64,000 nucleotides of DNA from a virus, in the IMG/VR virus record IMGVR_UViG_3300032322_001517, positions 32,001 to 96,000 of that record; one strand, given 5' to 3'. Below, one piece after another: positions 55,524-64,000 of this stretch. The translations under genes and the position numbers were made by a program. The notes under the pieces were generated by a model. It did not search any database and had not been told where the DNA came from. It saw only the letters and a program-made list of their open reading frames with translations. The stretch's first letter is position 1, and every line of letters starts with the position of its first letter.

Positions 55524-58500
55524 TCAATTTACTCCTTTGAGACTATTTATCTCTTTGGTTAGAGATTGTATTTGAGTTTGCTGTTCTTTGATAGCTTCTA
55601 TAAGCAACGGTATAAGTTTTTCATATTGTACCGTCTTATAGTTTTCACCGGAAATAGAAACTTCCTGACCATCAACATATTTTGTGTCAAACGGTGCGCT
55701 CTTGACAATTTGAGGCAACACAGATTCGACTTCTTGTGCGATAACACCGACTTGCTCAGACTGATCTTTATATCCATATTTTGCCGCTGTTTCGTTACTA
55801 GTATATAGTACACCAGACAACGACATAACTTTATCAAGAGCATTAGGGATAGTTGATTTAATATCCTTTAGTCTTTTGTCTGAAAAATATGCGGTAATAT
55901 TATTTGTTGCACGAATTTCGCCAGTTGTACCAGAAGCTGCTGTTCCTACACCAAGAGTTGTAATTTGTGCATTGTTTATAATAGATGTAGAAGCTGGGTC
56001 AACATAGAACGCTGTATTGTTGTTATCGTAGAATATATTCGCAAACAAGTTCGCCATATAAACGTCGCGATAATCTGTACTTGTAACCGATTGCGCTCTA
56101 ATTCTGATGTGACCATCAGAATACATTTTAATAGCAGCAGCTGCGATGTTACTCCAATGGAAGTATATACTAGGAGCATAATCTGAGCCTGTTTGAGTGT
56201 TTGTTACTCCATTGACTTCGCGAATTTCTATAGAGTCATTCCAAACATCGTTCGTCACAGTCAAAGGAAAAATTCTTGTGTGTCTTAGAAGAGATGTTCC
56301 GTTAGGATTAAGATAATACCCAGTATCATTAGAATCATAGAAGATAGGAGCTCTAAAATCTGATATAGCAGTACCAGTTCTACCAATAACACAATCATTA
56401 TTAGTAAGATTTACGTAAAATGGCCATTGACCGTCAACTTGAGTCCATGATGTGCTGTCGTTTCCACCACGGAGAATATAGAACAGATTGCTATTCACGT
56501 GAATCATAGCAGAGTTATGATCCGTATCTCTAAAGTAAATTGTTGGCGAAGAACTTCTCATAACCATAGCACCAGCAGACCAATATGCATTGGTATCTGA
56601 AGAACTATAGAAGAATGGTGCACGATACGAAACAGCAGCGTCAACGTTACCGCTAGTATCAATGTTAAAGCGATTTGAAGCAGCAACCGAAGAGTATATT
56701 GAAAAGTTTTTGGTCCCGTTGCCATTCGAATCTTGAAGAACTAGCCAATTATCCAACGACAAAGCTGCTCTTCTAGAAGATGCATGTGTGCTAGGCGCGA
56801 TATTGAGTGCTGTTGTAAACTGTCCCGATCCTGTCGCTACAGTATATGGGTTCAGAGTGTTTAGTACGCTAGTGCCAGCGGGATCAACGTAATATGCTGT
56901 ATTATTTGTATCGTAAAATATAGGTGATCTAATAGAAGTCCCATTGAATAAAAATGCACCCGCTCTATTGATTGATAACGCAGTTCCTATATATGAACCA
57001 GCATCATTAAAAGTATTGATAAAGAAGTCAGAACCAGCACTTGACCCAGATTCAGCAACGTTATCGATGCCCATATCAAATCTATTAGAACCAGAAGTAC
57101 GCCAACTCATATATGAATAATTTCCAGCAGCTCTATCAAAACGAATAGCATCAGTGACATAGTCTAAAGTTATTCTATTCATCACAGACGTGCCAGCCGG
57201 ATTTGTATAATATGCTGTATTGTCTGAGTCGTAGTATATTGGACCTCTGTAATCAGTATTGGTAACAACCGAACCATATAGTCTAACAATACGACCAGTA
57301 GCAGCCGCAGTTTGTGTGCCAACGATATTCAATCCGGTGGCAAATAAACCTGCACCTATTTTACCATCATTAACATCTGTTTGGTTAGCAGAACCAAATC
57401 TAATAAAAATACTTTCAGTTATATCTTTACTGGCATCTGTTCTTAAATAATTAGCTGCTGCAATACCACCGAGATTGTTAGCGTTATTAGATGTCAAAGT
57501 AGCTACATTCGCGGAAAGAGTGGAGTTTAACTGATAAGATGCGCCTTGTACTCCATCAAGAGTATCAGCATCTAGTCCAGAGCCAGCGCCATCGTTACCT
57601 GCGTGCCAAACTTTATTTTTAACAGCGCCATAAGACCAACCACCAACAAACAAATCATTCGTTGTGCCATCTATACCAAAATGACCAGCAAAATCACCAT
57701 TAATATGAAAGGTCATGAAAGCGTCAGCACCAGCTGTTGACTGATACACCTGAAGACCGTTAACGTTTCCTGTATTAGAACCTAAGATACCAGCATCATT
57801 TCTAAATTCAGCAACACCTCCACTAAAAGTATCACCGGTGTCTGATCTAAAATAAGAAGCTGCCGCAGTGCCACCAAGGAAAGAAGCATTGTTAGCAGAT
57901 ATCGTGCCAATATATGTTGCATTAACAAACACACCAGTAGCATTAGCGACGATGCCAGTGTTAGCTAACACGGAAACGGTGCCTGTAGTGGTAATAGTTC
58001 CACCAGTCATACCGTTGCCAGTAGCAACAGATGTTACTGTACCGCCAGAGTTATCATCAGCAGCCCAATAAGTAGCAGTTCCGTTGCTATGTAATACGTG
58101 TCCAGCAGTTCCGAATGAACCGTTAGAAGATAGTCCTACAGATCCTAAAACAATGTTTCCTGAAAATGTAGTAATACCACCAATTGCAACATTACCAGAT
58201 ACGTTAGCAGTACCTGTAATATGTAATCTAGCGTTTGGTGATGAATTGCTGATACCAACATTACCACCTGCATCAATCCTAATTCCTCTTGCTAAATCTG
58301 ACCATTGACCAATAACTAAAGCGCCAGTGTTAGATGTGCCGTCAGAGTAAATAAATGCATGATCATTGTTTGCGACCATAGGATTATATGCACCAGCACT
58401 TTGGCGAGAATTCAATTGATACCAATAAGAACCTTCAGTCGCCCAAATCTCGCCACCAATAGTTTGTCCTGATGATCTTTGTATTTGTAATTTAGAGTTT

Positions 58501-61337
58501 GTTGGTGTAGAAGTTCCAATACCAAAATTTCTTGATGTATTAAAATATGATTCAAAGTCAGGTGTTCCACTGATACGAGTGGTAGCAACTCCGCCGTTTA
58601 GTAATTGAATAAGACCGCCATCGTTTGTAGTTGCATTCGATCCGAGAATTTCAACAGCATTTACTGTACCATTATTTAAAGTAATACCTGTATATTGTGT
58701 ATTAGTAGAAACAGTAAATCTAGAAGATGGACTAGATGTTCCTATACCTACAGCACCAGTACTAGTGATGCGCATGCGCTCCTGAAGCGAACCCGCACTG
58801 TCTGACGTGTTAAGGATCAAGAACCCACCGTTTCCGGTGCCGTCCTGCTGTCCATAGATCTCCACGCGTGATCTGCCGTTCGAGTAGAGATCTAAAACGG
58901 CGGTTGAGAAAGAAGACGTGTTCGGGTTGCTAATCCGCAGCCGTGCATCAGCAATGGTTGATCCCGCGCCAACTACTTCAAGTCTTCCGAACGGCGACGA
59001 CGTTCCGATACCCACGTTGCCACCGCTCGTGATGCGCATACGCTCGTTTGAATTGGTCCAGAACGTAGTGGCATTGTCACCCGTAAACCTAATCTGCTGC
59101 TGTCCTGCAGTTTCATCGACGTTTCTGCGAATGATAAGATCAGCAGTCGTCCAGTTTGTCGGACTAGATGCGGTTCTAGAATATAAGAAATCTAATGCAT
59201 CTCCATTGCCGGTGTTGTTGTAAGCTCTAAACAAGGAAGCACTGTTTCCAGATGTTGCCCCTAGTGCACTACCTTCAATCTGAAACTTGTATGGTGTCGC
59301 TGAACCACCGATAATCACGTTACCATTAGCAAGGAAATATGCTGCTGTACCAATTGTAGCTACATTAGTAGTCGTTGTTAAATTAGCTGAAGTAAGAGCA
59401 CCACCAATAACGACATTACCAGATATATTTGCTGTGCCAGTAACTGCTAATCTAGCGTTTGGATTTGTGTTTCCAATACCAAAGTTACCACTATTTAATA
59501 CAGTAGCATATTCGAAAAATGTATTCTGTGATGTATTTGATGCAGGATAAGCACCAATTCTTACTGCAACTGTATCAGATCTTCTACCGTAAAGCGCCGT
59601 CGCCCAAGCTAAACTTTGGCCAGATCCTGTATCTCCATGATGTAGATCTACACCAAATGCGTTATCTGTCCATAATTTTATACCAGCATTTCTAACGTTA
59701 TTAGCAGTTGATGCACCATTTTGTAATAAAATATTACCTTGTACTTGTAGTTTTTCTGCAGGTGTTGTATTTCCAACACCAACATTTCCATTAGCAACAA
59801 AGTATGCAGCTGTGCCAACAGTGAATGTATTGGTTACTGAAGAATTGGCAAAAGTTGCAGAATTAGAAGAAATCGTATTAATATACGCAGCGTTTACATA
59901 TATGCCCGTAACATTAGCTACAATGCCTGTGTTAGCATCAATAGTAGAAAGAACTTTTCTCCAAGAAGTGTTTCCTGCAGATCTTTCTCTAAACCAAAGT
60001 TGATTTATAGAAGTTCCTAAAAGGTCGAATCCTCTTGATGAAGTATCTCCAGCGCCCATGATAAAACGATAACCAAGACCACTTGCTGCTCCTGTTGGAA
60101 CATTAGTAGAAGAGGCCATATTTACAAAGATAGTAGAATATAATTTTGGATACGTATCAAAATCATGAACTTCATAATTTCTACCGCCTTGTTGATTGGC
60201 AGAAGATATTAAAGTTCCATCAGTATTAAATATAGTAGATCCTACACCTGCCCCACCAGAAATAGTTGAAAATGTAGCAGAATTAGAAGAAATCGTATTG
60301 ATATACGCAGCATTAACAAACACACCAGTAGCATTAGCGACTATGCCAGTATTTGCAAGAACAGAAACAGTTCCGGTTGAAGTAATCGTTCCACCAGTCA
60401 TACCGTTGCCAGTAGCAACAGATGTTACTGTTCCAACACCTGCTGACGACCAATAAACAGTTGTCCCGTTCGAAGTCAAAACTTGGCCAGATGTTCCAGG
60501 TCCACCATTAGCTATTATCGCTGTTGTGGTACCAAATCTAACGTTTCCGCCACTAAAATCTAATGGTACAGAAAAATTTAAATTACTGCTAACACTATTT
60601 GCGAAAATAGAAAATACAGCTCTTTGCTGATTTACAGTATTTGTACTATAGAAAACAAAATTGTCATCGTTCTGTTGAACGAAAAATACGTTAGAACCAC
60701 CAGCTAATGGCGCAAACGAAATACGTCTATTATTTGTTGATATGTTAAGATTGTCAGAAAACGTTGTTATACCGCCGATTACAACATTACCAGAAATATT
60801 TGCAGTTCCAGTAACCTGTAATCTAGCGTTTGGTGCTGTATTACCAATACCAACATTGCCTGAAGGTAAAATTCTCATATACTCGGTATATGTTGAACCG
60901 TCTGTGGTACTAATACCACCAAATGTATGACCTACAGTAGCATTAGCCGGTACGAAATATCTAAGCTCGTTGCTTTGAATACCAAATCCATAGCGCGTAG
61001 TCCCAGATTCCCACATTAACAATTTTTGCGCTGCAGTAACGTTACCTAGAGATAATAATGCTCTTGGCGAAGCTGTACTAATACCTAAATTGCCATTGGC
61101 AACAATATAAAAACTGTTGCCGACAGTTAAATTATTTGTTGAAATATTTTGCGTAGTATTATTAGAACCAATTTCAATTACAGCAGATCCATTAGACGAG
61201 TAAAGGATACCGTCGGCCATATTAAGCGCAAGTTCGCCAGCTGAAATGTATTGGGAATTAGTTGCGTACGAGCCAGTTGTGTTTGGTGTACGTCCAGATG
61301 TGCTGGTTCTTTTTAATATGATTCTATTATTAGCCAT
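55524..61337 (-). CDS. long mosaic tail fibre with C-terminal S74 chaperone
   Basis: GNVGIG repeats, ERMRITS, IFYD.NNT.YYVDP repeats, FSDKRLK...YEKLIPLLIEAIKE. Confidence 0.9.
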   Translation of the reverse strand: MANNRIILKRTSTSGRTPNTTGSYATNSQYISAGELALNMADGILYSSNGSAVIEIGSNNTTQNISTNNLTVGNSFYIVANGNLGISTASPRALLSLGNVTAAQKLLMWESGTTRYGFGIQSNELRYFVPANATVGHTFGGISTTDGSTYTEYMRILPSGNVGIGNTAPNARLQVTGTANISGNVVIGGITTFSDNLNISTNNRRISFAPLAGGSNVFFVQQNDDNFVFYSTNTVNQQRAVFSIFANSVSSNLNFSVPLDFSGGNVRFGTTTAIIANGGPGTSGQVLTSNGTTVYWSSAGVGTVTSVATGNGMTGGTITSTGTVSVLANTGIVANATGVFVNAAYINTISSNSATFSTISGGAGVGSTIFNTDGTLISSANQQGGRNYEVHDFDTYPKLYSTIFVNMASSTNVPTGAASGLGYRFIMGAGDTSSRGFDLLGTSINQLWFRERSAGNTSWRKVLSTIDANTGIVANVTGIYVNAAYINTISSNSATFANSSVTNTFTVGTAAYFVANGNVGVGNTTPAEKLQVQGNILLQNGASTANNVRNAGIKLWTDNAFGVDLHHGDTGSGQSLAWATALYGRRSDTVAVRIGAYPASNTSQNTFFEYATVLNSGNFGIGNTNPNARLAVTGTANISGNVVIGGALTSANLTTTTNVATIGTAAYFLANGNVIIGGSATPYKFQIEGSALGATSGNSASLFRAYNNTGNGDALDFLYSRTASSPTNWTTADLIIRRNVDETAGQQQIRFTGDNATTFWTNSNERMRITSGGNVGIGTSSPFGRLEVVGAGSTIADARLRISNPNTSSFSTAVLDLYSNGRSRVEIYGQQDGTGNGGFLILNTSDSAGSLQERMRITSTGAVGIGTSSPSSRFTVSTNTQYTGITLNNGTVNAVEILGSNATTNDGGLIQLLNGGVATTRISGTPDFESYFNTSRNFGIGTSTPTNSKLQIQRSSGQTIGGEIWATEGSYWYQLNSRQSAGAYNPMVANNDHAFIYSDGTSNTGALVIGQWSDLARGIRIDAGGNVGISNSSPNARLHITGTANVSGNVAIGGITTFSGNIVLGSVGLSSNGSFGTAGHVLHSNGTATYWAADDNSGGTVTSVATGNGMTGGTITTTGTVSVLANTGIVANATGVFVNATYIGTISANNASFLGGTAAASYFRSDTGDTFSGGVAEFRNDAGILGSNTGNVNGLQVYQSTAGADAFMTFHINGDFAGHFGIDGTTNDLFVGGWSYGAVKNKVWHAGNDGAGSGLDADTLDGVQGASYQLNSTLSANVATLTSNNANNLGGIAAANYLRTDASKDITESIFIRFGSANQTDVNDGKIGAGLFATGLNIVGTQTAAATGRIVRLYGSVVTNTDYRGPIYYDSDNTAYYTNPAGTSVMNRITLDYVTDAIRFDRAAGNYSYMSWRTSGSNRFDMGIDNVAESGSSAGSDFFINTFNDAGSYIGTALSINRAGAFLFNGTSIRSPIFYDTNNTAYYVDPAGTSVLNTLNPYTVATGSGQFTTALNIAPSTHASSRRAALSLDNWLVLQDSNGNGTKNFSIYSSVAASNRFNIDTSGNVDAAVSYRAPFFYSSSDTNAYWSAGAMVMRSSSPTIYFRDTDHNSAMIHVNSNLFYILRGGNDSTSWTQVDGQWPFYVNLTNNDCVIGRTGTAISDFRAPIFYDSNDTGYYLNPNGTSLLRHTRIFPLTVTNDVWNDSIEIREVNGVTNTQTGSDYAPSIYFHWSNIAAAAIKMYSDGHIRIRAQSVTSTDYRDVYMANLFANIFYDNNNTAFYVDPASTSIINNAQITTLGVGTAASGTTGEIRATNNITAYFSDKRLKDIKSTIPNALDKVMSLSGVLYTSNETAAKYGYKDQSEQVGVIAQEVESVLPQIVKSAPFDTKYVDGQEVSISGENYKTVQYEKLIPLLIEAIKEQQTQIQSLTKEINSLKGVN
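57870..58140 (-). repeat. dispersed cassette shared among tail-fibre genes (also ~52900-53170, ~60290-60500, ~62680-62870)
   Basis: GTAG.VLH.NGT..YW...VTSVATGNGM.GG..T.TGTVSVLAN.GI.ANATG with DNA-level similarity. Confidence 0.8.
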
Positions 61338-61371
61338 ATGGCATCCTCGTCAAACGCCTATCTAGGCGAGG

Positions 61372-61578
61372 TTAAAAATCAGAAGTAGGAACTTCCTTTA
61401 ATTTCTTTTTATTTAGTTTTTCAACTTGCTGTTCTAATTGAGATATTTTATTTTGAAATTCAGTGTTCATTCTTTCAGTGTATCTCAATTGGGTTTCAAC
61501 AAGGAGCCGATTTTTAGTCAGCTCCGAAATTTCTTGTAACAATCTTTCAATATACATATTGACTATTTCAGGATTCAT
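61372..61578 (-). CDS. small coiled-coil hypothetical protein
   Basis: 68-aa ORF. Confidence 0.65.
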   Translation of the reverse strand: MNPEIVNMYIERLLQEISELTKNRLLVETQLRYTERMNTEFQNKISQLEQQVEKLNKKKLKEVPTSDF

Positions 61579-61608
61579 AGTATAATCACCTATGTGCTAA
61601 TGATGATA

Positions 61609-63432
61609 TTAGAACGTTCCACCATCGAGTGTATCATAAACAAGAGCAGTACCATTCGACTGAAGAACATATCCAGAAATACCCAATGCTAATCCAGTAA
61701 CACCACCAGTGCTATTAGTAAATAGAACATCTTGATTACTTCTACCAGATAAAGTAAGAACGTTAGCTGAAATACTGACACCAACTGTTGAGTTAGCAGT
61801 AATAGCAACGTTAGTAGCATTAGTTACCAAACCACCAGACAACAAATATGTTGTAAGATTAGCCAATGAAAACGAAGGATCGGTAACTATAATTTGGTTA
61901 TTTTCAACTCTGGCTTCATCGCCATATGTCGAAAATAGATAATAATTCTTATTTGAAGGTTCGCGGACCAAACCAGTGTGGTTAGTAGCATTACCAAAAC
62001 CATTATAGTGACCAGCGAAACCGATATAAAGCGTATCACTAGTGGTGTTATTAACGGCGAGCTTGATTAATGGGTCTGTTACCGAAAGAGAAGAAACGTT
62101 AACAGTAGTTACGTTACCAGCAACAGTAAGATCGCCGCCGATAGAAACGTTGCCGCTGATTGTAGCGAAGTTAGAAAAAATATTGTTAGAGTGAACGTTA
62201 TTCCATCTTAGTGCTGCTGTACCTAAATCGTAAGTTAAATTAGCAGATGGAACTATGTTAGTGTTTACTCTAGCAGTAATAGAAACTATATCTGTAGTAT
62301 TATCGCCAAGAGCAGTATTTCCAAATACAGTAAGTAATGTAGTAAATACGTTAGCGAATGTTACATTACTTGTTGTAGAAACTGGCTGACCGATGAAGAT
62401 ACCAGTTGAGTTAGCAACAACACCAGTGTTAGCAAGAACCGAAACAGTAACAGCAGCAGTTTCAGAACCGCTACCTGCAACAACTATACCATTACCAGCT
62501 GCTACAGTAGCAACATAGTTACCAGATGTTTGAGTGCCAAGAGCAACATCGCCTGTTAACTGAGAGGTAGCAATTGAGAATGTTGCAGCGTTAACAAATA
62601 CACCAGATGTGTTAGAAATAACACCAGAGTTACCAGCAAGAACGTTAACGCCATCTGCAGTTACTGAAATACCATTAGCGCCATCAACATACACACCAGT
62701 TGCGTTGGCAATAATACCGTTGTTGGCAAGAACAGAAACAGTTCCTGTATTAGTAATGGTACCACCGGTCATACCATTGCCAGTTGCGAGAGATGTTATA
62801 CCATCGTCAGCTGCCCAATATACAGTAGTTCCATTTGAGTGGAGAGTTTGACCTGCAGTACCGATACCACCGTTAGCCTGTAAGCCGACTGCAGTACCAA
62901 TAACTAATCTGCTGCTGTTGGCTATTACTGAAGGACCTACTTGAATAGTAGTAGCGTTAACTGTAGCGCCAGAAAAAATTGATCCAACTACTGTTAACGT
63001 GTCAGTAGTTTTATTGTAGGTTAAACCAGCATCAGCGCCTAGAGAGCCGCCGTCATTAAACTGTACTTGTGTATCAGAACCAACAACGCTTGGAGCAGGA
63101 GTGTTCCAATATACTACAGAGCCATTAGAAGTAAGTAATTGACCTGCAGTGCCAGCAGCTCCGTTAGCCCAAATTGTCGTAGGAACAAGATTAGCTACTA
63201 TAACTTTATCAATACCAGAGGTAGAGTTAGCAACCAGCGATTGGTTAGCTGTTAGAATACCAGGACTTCTTGCACCACCAATGGAAATAACGTTAGCAGA
63301 GTTAGCAGGGTCACCAATCGCAAGAATATAACCATTCGATGTAAATACTAACTCGCCAGCATTAACCGAAGGAGTAGTATTCGTAATCGCTGTGGTTGTA
63401 CTTCTTTTAATTTGAATTCTGTTATTAGCCAT
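61609..63432 (-). CDS. tail fibre / virion structural protein
   Basis: IQIKRS..GEL N-terminus, QVQFNDGG, DGGTF C-terminus. Confidence 0.8.
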   Translation of the reverse strand: MANNRIQIKRSTTTAITNTTPSVNAGELVFTSNGYILAIGDPANSANVISIGGARSPGILTANQSLVANSTSGIDKVIVANLVPTTIWANGAAGTAGQLLTSNGSVVYWNTPAPSVVGSDTQVQFNDGGSLGADAGLTYNKTTDTLTVVGSIFSGATVNATTIQVGPSVIANSSRLVIGTAVGLQANGGIGTAGQTLHSNGTTVYWAADDGITSLATGNGMTGGTITNTGTVSVLANNGIIANATGVYVDGANGISVTADGVNVLAGNSGVISNTSGVFVNAATFSIATSQLTGDVALGTQTSGNYVATVAAGNGIVVAGSGSETAAVTVSVLANTGVVANSTGIFIGQPVSTTSNVTFANVFTTLLTVFGNTALGDNTTDIVSITARVNTNIVPSANLTYDLGTAALRWNNVHSNNIFSNFATISGNVSIGGDLTVAGNVTTVNVSSLSVTDPLIKLAVNNTTSDTLYIGFAGHYNGFGNATNHTGLVREPSNKNYYLFSTYGDEARVENNQIIVTDPSFSLANLTTYLLSGGLVTNATNVAITANSTVGVSISANVLTLSGRSNQDVLFTNSTGGVTGLALGISGYVLQSNGTALVYDTLDGGTF

Positions 63433-63460
63433 TTAAGATGGTCTCCTTGATTTTTATAAT

Positions 63461-63468
63461 TATTTATA
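63461..63468 (-). promoter_or_regulatory. late promoter
   Basis: TATAAATA then AGGAG RBS. Confidence 0.7.
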
Positions 63469-63472
63469 AAAT

Positions 63473-63742
63473 TTAAAACGTACCACCGTCTAAATCGCCA
63501 ATTACATTAGATATGTCAAGTTTTTGTACTATGTATTTGTCAGTCGAAGCGTCATAAACTAAAGTCGCTCCATTAGATTCGTTATTCGCAACCACATCAG
63601 TCAATTTATCAAGTCTAGAGATACCTGAAGTTATTGAAGGGTTATTTTTTATAGTTACTGGAACCGAGGTATCAATTATTCCAGCTGTAGCGTTTGCAGA
63701 AACTTGTACATTTCTTTTTCTTGCTACTACTACGTTAGTCAT
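63473..63742 (-). CDS. small virion-associated protein
   Basis: L.DV....NGATLVYD, DGGTF C-terminus. Confidence 0.7.
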   Translation of the reverse strand: MTNVVVARKRNVQVSANATAGIIDTSVPVTIKNNPSITSGISRLDKLTDVVANNESNGATLVYDASTDKYIVQKLDISNVIGDLDGGTF

Positions 63743-64000
63743 TTATCTTGTTACCTGTGGAGTTACTGTAACTATACCCTCTACTATTCTAGATACTTCA
63801 GAACCATCGTTTATTTCTACGTCATAAACATATCTTCCAGCAACCAAATTAGATGTTTGGTTCGGAGTTAAACTTAAAGTTATAACTCCTGATTGAACAT
63901 TTATAGAAGTTGCAAAAGTAGCAGCTGGGTTGGCGGAAGTATACCATTTTCTCATTTGAGAATTGGCTGTATAACCAAACAATACTATAGGATCGCCATT
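63743..64000 (-). CDS. conserved T4-like virion structural protein, 5'-truncated
   Basis: QMRK, GRYVYDVE, RIVEG.VTVTP.VT. Confidence 0.7.
   Translation of the reverse strand, partial: NGDPIVLFGYTANSQMRKWYTSANPAATFATSINVQSGVITLSLTPNQTSNLVAGRYVYDVEINDGSEVSRIVEGIVTVTPQVTR

Noticed and set aside
14645-63331. Many short + strand ORFs antisense to T4 core and fibre genes
   Set aside because: No motifs or RBS; explained by codon bias of the real genes.
52261-63432. Diversity-generating retroelement behind fibre repeats
   Set aside because: No reverse transcriptase in the window; the repeats are in-frame internal modules, not an adenine-specific TR/VR pair.

Overview
A 64-kb segment of a large T4-like myovirus genome, probably infecting an alphaproteobacterium: its tRNA-His lacks G-1 and has A73. 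Positions 1-3979 (+) carry a GHMP sugar kinase, RNase H, PhoH and an exonuclease. Positions 4633-12870 (-) hold 26 CCA-encoded tRNAs covering all 20 amino acids. These are interleaved with an HNH endonuclease, 2OG-Fe(II) oxygenases, a methyltransferase, a carbamoyltransferase and several unexplained structured non-coding elements, and are driven by a conserved sigma70-like promoter family. Positions 14.5-27.6 kb (-) carry regA, gp62/44/45, a TET/JBP dioxygenase plus glycosyltransferase locus, gp46/47/55 and uvsW/Y. Positions 27.6-42.8 kb (-) are the T4 head/neck/tail module (gp3 and gp23 to gp13), with a GIY-YIG endonuclease. Positions 42.9-49.5 kb hold an unexplained island of four PP-loop (SGGxDS) enzymes, two TctC-like binding proteins and a desaturase/hydroxylase. 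Positions 49.5-64 kb carry Asn-rich mosaic tail-fibre genes. Best candidates for new biology: (1) the PP-loop/TctC island coupled to the tail-fibre operon, (2) N-x-S/T sequon-rich virion proteins suggesting virion N-glycosylation, (3) TET and glycosyltransferase enzymes with clamp-binding-like tails, and (4) novel structured RNAs and an A34 tRNA-Thr in the tRNA array. All annotation was done by eye, without database searches.
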